DNA of 64,000 nt, taken from Eledone cirrhosa. Its lineage: Eukaryota. The notes beneath the pieces were generated by a model. That model was given only the letters and a program-made list of their open reading frames with translations. It was not told where the DNA came from and did no database searches. Of the stretch, positions 1 through 12,369 are shown piece by piece. The first letter of the stretch is position 1. The number at the start of each line of letters is the position of its first letter. A program made the translations under genes and the position numbers. The DNA lies in contig OZ024740.1 in the NCBI GenBank assembly GCA_964016885.1, positions 118,358,001 through 118,422,000 on the forward strand, written 5' to 3'.

Positions 1-1060
1 CTATGTCTGATTTGGAGGGTACTATTAGCCTAACAGGTAGATTAGTTCTAAAGTCTAATTTCTGATCCTTAATAGATATCCGAGGCTTTCTAGGGTACTT
101 ATTGTTCTGTCCTATCATCTATTTCTAGCCCAGTCATTATTTTTTTGGTCGTGGCGTTAATGTTATCTAAGTTGTCCTGTCCTGTGGTCCTGTAATATTT
201 CCTAACCTCTTTCCCGATGCAGTCGTTGTATGTAAAACGGTCAAGCATGTATACATTACCAGTTTTGTCCGAGGGCACAAGTAAATCCGGCATTCTTCCA
301 TGCTTTTGATTGTGGAGCTCAATCTCCGGAGGTAATCCGTATGTCGTGTATTATTCCTTCGGAATTTGATGTTTCGGACGATGTTGATGATACGGTTTTC
401 AAATTATTCCAGCTGAACTTCCGTCTAGATCTAAATATCCATTTTAGGCGGTCCTGAGAATTATCGGGTGCGTGTTGCTGTGTCCTTATGTCGTGGTGAA
501 ATGCGTGCCATCTCATGCGTCTAACAAAAGAGTTGGTGTGGTGTATCAGTAGGCTCATGTACCTGTTGTCAGACGGGATCGGGATGTCCTTTGAAGAGGA
601 AGAGTAGTTGAAATTTTCCATGGCGAATCACTGTAAGCGCTCTACTTGTGGAGGAGCGTAGTATATATGTGTGTGAAGGTAGCTAAGATGCTTCCATAGG
701 CGGTATGCCGGTTGAGCACTCTATGCTCTTACAGAGCAGAGTATGATATAATATAAAACGAAAAATCAGTGATGCATCTGAACTCAATTTATTGTCTGTT
801 ACAATTGTTTCGCCGGCGGACAGCTCGAGACACGATCATTGTGTGGAACTGTTTGATTCTGGACCCGCAGGTTCGACTGACACGTCTAATGATTTCGGAG
901 CAAATTCTTTCACTCGGGCATTACTTCATCCTCTTCGCGCGCCCTGTTATTGGCCGCTGGTCATCTACGTCTTCATAATTCTGACCACAGGTATTGTTCG
1001 GCTGACCATCAGCTGTCCAATGTTTGCCTCACTTCAATGAAAAACTGTAGACGCATACAA
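1..1060 (-). mobile_element. Penelope-like element 5' end: pseudo-LTR, tail and frameshifted N-terminus of the RT ORF (ATG at 621), running off the window
   Basis: The minus ORFs contain SKDIPIPS..Y...L....NSFVRRMRWHAF and LLVPSDKTGNVY, typical of PLE RT N-termini. Upstream are a hammerhead-like GAAAC-AATT-GTA and AATAAA (~788-836). Confidence 0.75.
792..836 (-). ncRNA. Hammerhead-like motif with shortened 5' core (CUCGA)
   Basis: Minus reading: tgt CTCGA GCTG tccgc CGGC GAAAC aatt GTA aca, followed by AATAAA. Confidence 0.4.
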
Positions 1061-1799
1061 CTGGGTGTAACCCTTCCATGTATAGCACACTGTGTATCTC
1101 TATGTCACGTTATATGTATATTTTAAATAAAATTTATATTTCTTTTATATATGTATGTGTATATATATATGTATATATATGTATATATGGTTATATTGTT
1201 TATATATGTGCATGTTTATAACAAGATGCATCCTTTCATGTATGACCCATTGTGTATATTTATATGACTTTGTGTGTATATCCTATTTGTGTATATATAT
1301 ATGTGTGTATCTTTTAATGCATGCGTGGGCGTGTATGTGAATATGTGAATATTTGTAAGAGTGTATATGAGCCAGTGTGTGTGTGTGTACAAGCACCCAC
1401 TGTAGGGAAAGGGCTTGTTTGTGCGTATATATATATATATATATATGTGTTTGTGAGCGAGTGCGCATATGTGCCTGTATATATGGATACGTGTGTGGAT
1501 GTGAGTGTGTGTGTGCATGGGGGAAAAAGAAAGGGGGTGTCTATGTATATGTCTGTACGTGTTTGTGTGCACGGGTATATATACGCGTATACATGTCTGT
1601 GCGCCTGTGTGTGTGTGTTGATATATATAGGCATGTAGGCATGCGTCTGTGTATGTGTATGTTTATAAGTTTATATGTTCTCCATAAATGTGTGTATATA
1701 GCGGGAGTCTATGCGTACGACTGTCGTTATCTATGTGATTGTGTGTGTGTGTGTATGTGTTTATGTGAGTGCGCACGTGGACGTGTGAACTACCAAACC

Positions 1800-2036
1800 C
1801 AGCAGTAATTCACTGAAGTGTGGCAAATATTGGACAGCTGATGGTCAGCTGAACAATACCTGTGGGCAGAATTATGATGACGTAGACAACCAGCGGCCAA
1901 TAACAGGACGCGCGAAGAGGATGAAGTGTTTGACTGTAATACCCCAGTGAAAGAATTTGCTACGAAATCATTAGACGTGTCCGTCGAACCTGCGGGTCCA
2001 GAATCAAACAGATCCACACAATGATCGCGTCTCGAG
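1800..2036 (+). mobile_element. Inverted, diverged partial copy of the PLE pseudo-LTR at ~824-1050
   Basis: Reverse complement of 824-1050. The track translations share [24 protein letters not shown]. Confidence 0.85.
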
Positions 2037-2355
<319 letters not shown>

Positions 2356-2959
2356 GTCTGTTCTCCATGCTAGCAAGGGTTGGACAGGTCTTCAAGAAAC
2401 CTGATCAGAACTGATCTAACAGTGAGACTGGTAGCCTGCATTGTGCTTACATACATTTCCACATTCTACTGAGTGCTCAGACAGACTGGCAATCTACAAC
2501 TTACTTATCGATGATATTGTACACAAAAGAATGCCTATTATTATGACACCAGCATTAGGAAGGTTGTCATTATTTTAACACCATGGAAGAGTATTCCAGA
2601 TACTTTAGAAAATTTTCTAAGACTAGTAGTCCTTACTATCATCAATCAATTTACAGTGTGCACTGAGTGAGTTTATCTTGTAAATCACAAACACTAGGAA
2701 TATTAGCTGAAGAATGCTCATAACTCTTTGTTTGCCAAATTTTATATAGCTAGATGCCCTTTCTTTCGCACACACACACATAGTTATGTGTGAAGTGGTT
2801 GGTGAAAGGAAGCGCATCGAACATCATATATATGCATATAAATATATGTATCAAAAGCATGTATTGAGTTAGAAACTCAAAATATATATATATGTATATA
2901 TAAATGTATGTATGTATGTATGTATGTATGTATGTATGTATGTATGTATGTATGTATGT

Positions 2960-3400
2960 ATACGTACATACATATATGTATACAGACGTACAGTAGTATG
3001 TATATATATACATACATGCACATATATATATATATATGCACGTATCGGTTTACCGAATATTTATTATAATGCTCGGTTTGTTTGTTTGTAAACAAACAGC
3101 CCGAATTACGCCGTACAGTGTTTAGGCAACCACGTCACTTTTTGTTCAACACTGACACAGGAACGATGTACTAGTTTCAAGCTTATTAGCTATCGTCAGC
3201 ATCGTATACCTTCCTGCCAGATGCTTGGACGTCTGAAAGTATATACTTTCCTTATGCATATTAATGGCTGAGCAGCCTAATTTGCATATCGAGTGAGTTC
3301 TATCGGCCGGGCGCACCGAAAACGATAAATGGAATAGAATGAAACGAAGTAAGTGCCGTAATAAGAGTGAGAAATGAAATTTCGTTTCATTCTATTCCAA
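2960..3400 (-). mobile_element. Non-coding hammerhead-bearing retroelement (PLE pLTR / retrozyme-like) with a short inverted end at 3355-3400
   Basis: Contains the hammerhead at 3163-3205. Shares tactactgtacgtctgtatacat and ccgta.taagagtgagaaatgaaatttcgtttcatt with ~28995-29120. Confidence 0.65.
3163..3205 (-). ncRNA. Minimal type I hammerhead ribozyme
   Basis: Minus reading: ACGATG CTGACGA TAGCT aata AGCTT GAAAC ta GTA CATCGT. Stem I is 6 bp, stem III is palindromic (ACUAGU) and the cleavage triplet is GUA. Confidence 0.85.
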
Positions 3401-4183
3401 TATATGTATGTATACATACATATATGTATATATATCTATCTCTATATATATAGAGTGTGAGACCGAGCTGGAGCAACCTTCCACCTCCAAAGAGAAGTTG
3501 AAATATTGAAATGTTATTGGAGGTCTGGAATGGGGGTGATGGGGTGGGCTGAGGTGGTGTGGGTGAACTGGAATTTAAACAGTTCGCACCCTTTTTGTCT
3601 GTGTATGTATGTATGTGTGTAGGTAGGTATGTATATATGTAGCTGTGTATGTAGGTATGTGTATGTATGTATGTAGGTATGTGTAGGTATGTATGTATAT
3701 ATGTAGGTATGTATGTGTGTATGTATGTATATATGTAGGTATGTATGTGTGTATGTATGTATATATATATATATATATATAACTAATTTGTTTACAAATC
3801 GAATATTATTATTAATGTTCAATACGTACCTATGTATATGTATATATGTGAGTGTGTGTGTGTGTGTATATATATATGTGTGTGTGTGTGTGTACATATG
3901 TTTGTATATGTATGCATACTTACATATAGATATATGACAATACAGAACTAGTTCAGTATTTGATACCTTATTTTGTAATTCCTTTCCAATTTTTTAATAT
4001 AGCAGAGAAAAGGGACATTAAATGGTGGTGGTGATGGTACACACATACACACATATATATATATTTACATACATATATTCACACTCTACTATGCCAAGTA
4101 TCGAGTTCTCTGATGAATAATGATCTTACTAGTTTAAGACTGGTAAAATCCTGATATACACATATATACAATATACATATACA

Positions 4184-4229
<46 letters not shown>

Positions 4230-4848
4230 CAGCAAAATTGCTTATATATTTGTTTATGCTTGTATATGCTTATATTCATGTTTATGCAAATATAAAATAA
4301 TGCATGAACTAAGTTGGAAAAGTACTACTAAATTAAGATATATCTTTTTCAATGCAATATATTATCTTTCATCTATATAACTCATGTGCACATTATTCTA
4401 GAAATATTTTATTGTTGAATGGTATCTACTTATAAATTTATGTGTGTTTGTAGGCATATATCAACAAAGTTGTTTTTATTGCATTATGGAAATTTTCTAT
4501 CGATAGCCTTTTCTTCTTCATCATACTTTCTGTCTATGAGTATGTTCCAAATATGTGAGCAAGTTAGGTACATTTGGTTTTTTCATCTTCTTCCTGGAGC
4601 GATGTCTGTGAATATACCACACAATGACCATTGTCATATGAATGAACTTGTTTTACTGTAGTGGTTGATACCTATATACTTCTCAATAAATAAATGCAGC
4701 TTAAATATTGGTTCATTTATTTTTATTTGTAAGGGAGGAAATCATATAAAAATTATTCATATTTTACTTCTTCTCCTGATTCTTCCCCTTTGGCCACTTT
4801 TTCATGGGTGGGAGGGGGGGGGGGGGCAATGTCCTCAAACACTGCAAG

Positions 4849-5052
4849 TCCTGTCAGAAGCAACCATATCCAGCTGGATCCCCAAGCAAGACCAGACAAG
4901 CTCATGGATGTTATCCAATCATCTTCTTGGGGACCACCCCTAGGACTGTTGCTTGTTGGTTTTGCTCGTAAAATCTACCCAGTGATTCTTTCTTGAGACA
5001 TTCTAACCACATGCCTATAGTGTCAGAGCTGTGATCTCTCAATTTGGAGAAA
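4849..5052 (-). mobile_element. RTE LINE 3' fragment (same family as 47130-47880)
   Basis: Shares gtcctgtcagaagcaaccat...gagacattctaa.cacatgcc.atagt.tcagagctgtgatctctc with 47133-47345. Confidence 0.7.
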
Positions 5053-5069
5053 TATCTAGAGGATGGGTT

Positions 5070-5335
5070 GCAGGTGGCAGATAGCAATACAGCCACCAGA
5101 TATGATGGCTAGTTGCAATATAAGTGGGCAACTGCCAGATAAATAATCAACCACAGACCAACAGTGGTAAACAACTAGAAGAGATGGAGCAATGTGTTGC
5201 ACCTCTAGCTCCCAAGAAAACTTTCATAATCCAATGACATGGGTTTGAAATAGTACCAGATTAGTGACTGGTGCAAATAAGACCGCTGAACCTGCAATAA
5301 GATGAGGAAACCAAAAACAAACCCAACTGCGACAT
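5070..5335 (+). mobile_element. RTE LINE 5' UTR fragment
   Basis: Matches 31840-32150 (gcagatagc.ata...ccaccagata.gatggctagttgc), which precedes an APE-coding relic. Confidence 0.65.
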
Positions 5336-8300
5336 CCTTCATCTCCTACTTTTTTCTCAAAATTATCATTAGAGATAAATATGTCAAGATGTTTTTTTAC
5401 ACATATAAATATGAGAAAACTTGTCACTAGAGCAGCTATTAAAACAGTTGAATGCTGCTAACGACAGTGATGGGCAAAAATACCTCAGAGGACAGAAGTA
5501 CTTTATTTTATTGTTTGTTACATAGAAACAATATTTTATATTATTGAATGAAATATCAATGGCAGTCATACATCAGGTTAGTCTGTCAAAGACTATTATG
5601 TTTTGGATACAATTATCTCATTGATGAGGTGATGGAATCATTAGTGCACTGTCAGAAAGTCTTGAAATATTTGTTCTGACACCCCAGGCTGCTATGATTT
5701 TAAATCCTGCCAAGAACACCTTTACCTTTTATCCTTTCAAAATAAATGAACAAATTTACCAGTCCAGTACTGGAGGTTGATCTCTCTTCCCCACGCTCTC
5801 TCTGCAATGCACCTGAACATCAATAGCTCAGTATTTTTGTTACATTTGTTATGCTAATTTAGCATGAGAATTGCATTAAGGGAACACAGTTCTGTACAAC
5901 AATCAGCTGCTTACATGCTAATTTCATGTGTAGTAATTCAGTTGGTAGAATACATTAATGATCACCATTGAGATCAATGAAGAGCCCCACCATCACCATC
6001 TCATTTTTGTTATATGAATCAATAGCATTATGTATGTTTGTTTTCCCCATTTTCCATGTCTCTTTTAATATTTTCTTCATATGAAATATTTTTTTTGTAG
6101 CAATAGCAGCCACATCACCATCAAATTACACCCTAGCATCTTAAACAAGGAATAACACAGTAGATAATATGGTCCAAGATCCTTTATGCATGAAAATAAA
6201 TGGATGATCCTAATCTAAATGATTCTGATTATAGATTTCGTTGATGGGATTTAATAACATCAAAACTACAATTCTGTTATTTTTCAACGTGTTTCTTCTA
6301 TTCTTCTCAAACATTGAATATCACCAAAATGATTTGTGTGTCTGAATCTGACTCCATATTGACATGCTAGACTGGTTTATGTATATTTTCCATGCTGATT
6401 GTTTGAGAATGTATTTCACAACTGGGATTTTGTTCTGCCTACCGTTAAGATTAACTGAGAAGTAATAATTAGTGTCAACCTTATAGTATACTATGGTGGA
6501 TGTTTATCCCCTGGTCAATCCAGCTACAATAGATTTATGATGAAAGAGTCTCTACCCAAAGCTATCTAATTATTTTTTTTAAATACTATATTTAAAATTA
6601 TGTATGTTATATCATGTATTCATTATAACATATTTTTTAAGATAGTAGGGACAATAATTAAATGTATTTAGATAAACATTTCACATAATAGACAGGAACA
6701 GAGAAAAAACTAGATAATAGCAAAAAAGGGGAAAGGGAGGTGCAGACTCTACATTTGGAGCTAACTGTCATATTTCAACTGTGCCCCACAGACAAGATGG
6801 GAAAAGAACTGCTGCAGAGAACAGCCAGTGACACTCAGTGCATCAGCCACTTCTCCTCATTGGGCTCCTTCTTCATGCTGGATGCACTACTGATGTAGCA
6901 GAGAAAAATAGCAGTCTGGGAACTAAGATTTGAGGGAAATTTGGCTGCTATTTTGGGTAAAATCTGCAGTGACACCTTTATTGGCTTGGGACACCATAGT
7001 TTTATTTACAAATGTCCATCTAATATGTTAATATTCTTCTTCACATTCTTCTGCCACATTTCATTTCATAATATTGATCCAATATATATATCATTGCTTC
7101 AATGACATTATGATGATCATACCAGTTAAAACTAAATGCAAATTAGAACTTAATAATTGAAGATAGAGCTGATTTGGTCAGGTTCGAAGTCCTGCTAGTA
7201 AACAATTGAGATTGGCTGGTGTATAAACAGTTAATAATATCCATTAATTTATTAATAACAGCATTTAAAACAATAAACAATGTACATGGAATGAAATTAC
7301 ATGAAAGCAAAGTTTTCTTTATTTCTATTGTATAATTTGTACTAAGCCTATACTACTTCACATTTGAACCAGCATTACTACTTTTATGTTTCATACTCAT
7401 TTTTGGCATAGTAATATATAATAAAAAGGTGTTTATTTAGTTTTACAAATCCTGTTCATAGAAAAACAAAACACACTATTAAAGAATAAAAAAATGGGAA
7501 TTAAAAGAAAAGATAATTAATCAACAAAAGGGAGTGGGGAGGGACAGACATACACACCAATGTGAGCAGTATTTCAGCTGCACCTTGTGGACAAATTTGC
7601 AAAGGCATTACTGTGGAGAATGGCCAGAGATACCCAATGCAATATCCACCCCATGTCATGGGGCTCATTATTCAAGCAGGCAGCTGTCTTTCCGATTTTA
7701 CAGGAGAAATCAGCAGTGTGGGGGACCAAAGACACCAGAGGCCTCAACAGAGACTAGTACAAACAGGAAGCAATTGGCCAGGCCCTGGTATTTAAGTATC
7801 TTCCTCTCATCTGCAATATGGGCAGTGGAGCCCGGGTTTTTAGCTGAAATGACAAGGTTGGAGGTGGAGAATTAATGAGGATGGCATGTAGTGACTACAT
7901 CTGTGAGTACAAATCCATTACATAAATGCCATAGAAATCCCAGATAACCAGTATAACCATTAGAAACTACCTTCAATGCCACTATCAGATACACACCAAC
8001 ACTCTTCTTAACAGATTGACAAACCCAAGAAAAAAATATATCAAGCAGTACACCCAGCCAATAATTAGCCAAGTAAATATAACTTTGAACCAACATGAAA
8101 GAATACAAAACTGCTGAGTATGAACAGAAAAATTAAAATTAGTAATGACAGATTGAAGCAAGTAAACATGATATGAAACAGTAAATCTGTACTTAATAAA
8201 GCACAACATCTAACAAGCAACTCAAAGTAAACACAGTTTAAAGCTATCTGTGAACGAATTAAAATTAGGAAACTTATATTAGACTGAAGCAATTGAACAT

Positions 8301-8427
8301 GCAACATTAAACCCTATTTGATTCTATACATTACTTAATAAAGGCACAAACAGAAAAAATTAATACCAAGATATTCTCTTGGTTGAAAGCCATGTGTATG
8401 TAGAATGTATGTATATGTGTGTGAGTG

Positions 8428-8738
8428 CATCATCATCATCTTCATCATTATCGTTTAAACGCCCACTTTCTACACTAGCATGGTTGTCCCATTTGAGGCA
8501 AGTTCGGTCAGGTGACTGTGTCTTGCTCATATAGAACTGTTTCTGACTAGAATTCGACAGCTGGATGCTCTTCCTAATGTCAACCACATCATTACAGTGT
8601 GTGCTAGGTGCTTTTTGTCATGACTCTTACACTTTACAGTATGGGCTGGGTGCTTTATGTTGTGACACCTACACAACCACTTTATAGTGTGGGCCAGGTG
8701 CTTTTGTCGTGAGACCTACACAACTGATTTACAGTGTA
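8428..8738 (-). mobile_element. RTE 3' UTR/tail with (GAT)n end (similar tails at ~21575-21710, 22360-22515, 29730-29820, 58600-58750)
   Basis: Reverse complement of ttaggaag.gcatccagctgt.gaa...catgctag..tggaaa..gg.cgttaaacgatgatgat, the terminus of the RTE copies at 39000-39136 and 52280-52441. Confidence 0.75.
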
Positions 8739-8754
8739 TATATATATACATATA

Positions 8755-9160
8755 GTAATAATAATAAATTTGAAGACTAAAATCCAAAGAGGGCTCGAGA
8801 AGGGTAAATATATATCAAATATATAAGAACCGTAGAGCAAATATTTATTAAAATAACAGATTAAAGTTTAAGCAAAGAATCGCTGCCTTCACCCTTAACG
8901 GAATCTTCTGAAACTAACAAAGTCAATCTATGAACGCAGAAGTGAATATTTCAAAATCGTTGCAACCGGAGGAAGACAGGAAGACGATACTTTGGTTCGT
9001 GGAAACGTACCCTGGCAAAGAACGGGGAAAAACGGATATAATACGTCATTATTTGGAGCGGTGAAAAACAATTACACGCAAAGACAAAACCACGTTTATG
9101 GTATAAAAGAAGTGGTAGACTAATATTCTCTTAATTGTGTTGTATCAGATGAAAGAATGG
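8755..9160 (-). mobile_element. PLE 3' terminus (second copy at ~16511-16660)
   Basis: The two copies are near-identical over ~150 bp, both abut (TA)n, and both carry the GCTC..TC-GAGC tail hairpin. This copy has AATAAA just upstream of the hairpin. Confidence 0.55.
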
Positions 9161-9167
9161 TATTTAA

Positions 9168-9655
9168 CTAATGTATTGGTACGCGATGGGGCCAACCCAC
9201 AGCCCCGGCGGACAGAATGGAGAAGGCGTTTCCCCGGAGGACGGCAAGGGAGACGCGCTGGAAAAGCCACTCCAACACGCGGGGCTCACACCTGTGGCTG
9301 GCCAGCTCAGCGCCTATGGTGGTGAGTAAGGAGGTAGCCCTGGGGCCGAGGAGACCAGAATTTTCCACTGCCAGGGGAACGACCGCACACCTGTCGGAGA
9401 GCGACCGGTATTTGAGGAGTTTGGCCTCCTCAGCCCGACGTGCAGCAGTATCTGGGTCAGTCGCAGACTGCACCAGGTTGCAGCTGCAGAAAGTGTCGGT
9501 GCAAGTGGCATCCCAGACGAGGGGTTTGCCACCGTGGAACGGGAAGATGGTCATGCCATCTGGCCCTTTGCCATCCCCTCGATCCAGCCCCACCGACTCG
9601 AGCTGGGAAAGGAAGCCTGCAGCGTCCAAGCCATGCTTAACAACCTCGTTATGTA
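9168..9655 (-). pseudogene. C-terminal restriction-like endonuclease of a CRE-type non-LTR retrotransposon (5'-truncated)
   Basis: GLDRGDGKGPDGMTIFPFHGGKPLVWDATCTDT...VPLAVENSGLLG...LFQRVSLAVLRGNA matches the PD..D motif and the QRxSxAxxRGNA C-terminus of CRE-clade proteins. Confidence 0.8.
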
Positions 9656-9939
9656 ACATTATAATATGTTAAACTTTATATATCATGTAAGATGTTTATA
9701 TTTTTGTACCATCATAATTTTGGGCATTGTACAATTTATTTTTCCTCACCTACACTGTAACTCTATATGAATTGATTTGTTAACTTGAATGCCATTATAT
9801 ATTGTATATTATAAATGTTAGTATATTATTATTATAGTATTATTGTGACATCTATATTGTTTGTGTAAATTAACCGGAGATTATCTATTCTATTATATTA
9901 TATTATATAGTATATAATTGTATGGTTTATTATATATTA

Positions 9940-10027
9940 TGCCTTTCATCCTTACGGGGTCGATAAAATAAAGTACCAGTAATGTACTGGGTAGTTGCTG
10001 GCCTTGTGCCTAAAGTAGAAACAATTA
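9940..10027 (+). mobile_element. 3' half of a tRNA-derived SINE
   Basis: gcctttcatccttacggggtcgataaaataaagtaccag...ccttgtgcctaaagtagaaacaatt. Confidence 0.85.
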
Positions 10028-10540
10028 TATATTATATGTGCTACTTATAATAATATCATATTATTACCTCATGTATATTGGGTATATGTATTATTATTAT
10101 TATTATTATTTTTATTTTTATTCCTATCATGCTTATTTATATTTAAACTCTTAATAAGGTTTAATTTGTGCAGTTGAAGATGGATATGTGTATTGATGTA
10201 TGTGTATGTGTGCGTACGTGTGCGTACATATATACATATGTATATTGTACCTTTTGATTTTTATTGTAATTTTAATATTGGTAAACGTATATTATATTAT
10301 ATTACATTGTATTATATATAATTCCTGCTCTATATAACCACCTCTGTTTAGCTCTAGGGTTTTTTTGCTTTGGACTATATTTGTAATATGGTTCTATATG
10401 TTATACACCTCCTTAGTGATTTTTATTATATATTTTTATTATATATTTTTACCCATAATCTTGCAATACTTTAGTGTATGTACACTCCATATTCTTCGGA
10501 GTTTCCGGCTTGTATTGGCCGATAATACTTCTTGTTGTTT

Positions 10541-10591
10541 TTAATTGCCCTGATGAGTCCTTAATAGGACGAAACATTGTTGGCTAATAAA
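10541..10591 (+). ncRNA. Minimal type I hammerhead ribozyme at a PLE-type terminus
   Basis: aattGCC CTGATGA GTCCT taat AGGAC GAAAC att GTT GGC, then AATAAA, and (TA)n about 45 nt later. Confidence 0.85.
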
Positions 10592-11812
10592 GACTTTTGA
10601 TGTATTGAAGGCTTCTTTGTTTTACTTTCATAATATATATATATATATATATATATAGTGTAAAGAAAGTTTCATTCACTTAACATGTATGTTAAGTGTA
10701 TGAAACTTTATTTACACTAAATAAGCTCTCTTCCAACACATCGAGTAGTGTTTTCCTTGATCTGGCATCTACAGATTTCTACAAATCTCTCCCTATATAC
10801 AAACATCATCACTGTTTAACATCCATTTTTCCATACTACCATGGGTTAGACAGAGCTACATATCTACATATATCAACATATACACATGCATGCACATACA
10901 GTAAGTAAATACTGAGAGAGTGGGTATCTTATGAAGATGAAAAGTATTGACTTTCAATAAGTTGTTGTCAATATTACTGATTTCATCTACTAGACATATC
11001 TAAATTTTAACTGAAAACCAGAAACAGCATCACCTCTATGACCTAACTATTTAGATGACTAAGACCTAAGACATCTTATACAATTAAATGACTAGAATGC
11101 ATACAATCTACAAAGACTAGATTATATTCCGAAAGTAGCCAGTAAAGTTGACATTAATGTATCCCAGTTGAAATACTAATGAAGTTTTCATGAGAAAAGT
11201 ACAAGTTCTAAAAAGAAAGTGGCTGATACTTTGGAAGAATTTATTGAAAAATCAATAGTGTTTAGTGTAGAGAACAGATAGTTTCTATGAGAAAATTGTT
11301 ACTCTAATGTTATTTGAATAATTTCACCTGCAGCAAAATAAATAACTGCAAAAATCTTTTAAAATATTCTTGACTATTTAAAACAATACACTAGTTGAGT
11401 TTCACAACATCATTTTTGGCATCTCTCAGTGTTGAGAATTAGATTCAATTAGATTTATCTGCTCTATGACTGGCTGTATATGTATATCTTTTACCTAAAA
11501 GAACATTGATAAGATAAACAAGGGAATTGGCAAATAGCTGGATTTAACCCTTTGTTATCATATTTCTAATGATATACACTGCCTATGTATTTCAATTAAT
11601 ACTGAAAATGTGGAGGAATTTAGTAAAATGACAAAATGTTTCATTATAAATTTCTGTTTGCAACATTACTTAACAAAAAGTGCTTACATAAAATCATGAT
11701 GCAAGGTTTTAATATAAGAATAATATTTTAACATGAACTTGAGGTGGATACAATTGAGTTTGTTAAGATCCCTTATGGTTAATCTCCTCTCATCTGTTGA
11801 TGTTTCTTTCAG

Positions 11813-11836
11813 TCAGTCTCTTAATGATTACTTCAG
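11813..11836 (+). other. Candidate 24-nt host microexon
   Basis: Pyrimidine tract tgtttctttcag|TCAGTCTCTTAATGATTACTTCAG|gtaagt. Length is a multiple of 3, and two frames are open (QSLNDYF or SLLMITS). Confidence 0.3.
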
Positions 11837-12369
11837 GTAAGTAACATCCAATGTGGTATGTTCTCCTTCAGAGCAGACAAATACATTATTAGTCCATAAA
11901 AATATTAATACTAAAGTATTTGAATGTTAGTTTCAGTTTGTCATTGTATCACCACTGGGAGCTTCTACTGGGCATGATCCTTCTACCAGGTACATGAGCA
12001 TCTTTGGTCATTCTATCACCCATCAGTGATTCTACTAGGCATATTCCATCTGGCTGGTCTCTGGACACAAGTATCTTTGACAGTCAGTGTTCCAGAATCC
12101 TCTGAAACAACACACCAGAGCTGGAAATTTAATGCCTTATCTTCAATGCTGTTGAGTTTTATCCAATGAGGAATTTACAATACACTGCACAAAGGATATA
12201 GCTGATCAGGGCATGAGGTCTGTGGAAACACATTATAAATACAATGCAAGAATTCAAGTAATATAGTTTATTCATTTAGATGTGCAGCAAGTGATGAATT
12301 AAAGGGCTACTATTATTGGCTAATAGAAAAAGATGACACATCACACACACGCACACATACATATAGATA

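Noticed and set aside
7534-7875. 113-aa ORF in a moderately GC-rich patch
   Set aside because: No recognisable motif, no ATG start and no splice support.
8870-8915. Minus-strand CAGAAGA-ttcc..gggt-GAAGG..TTC as a hammerhead
   Set aside because: Core changes and no convincing stem I; at best decayed.
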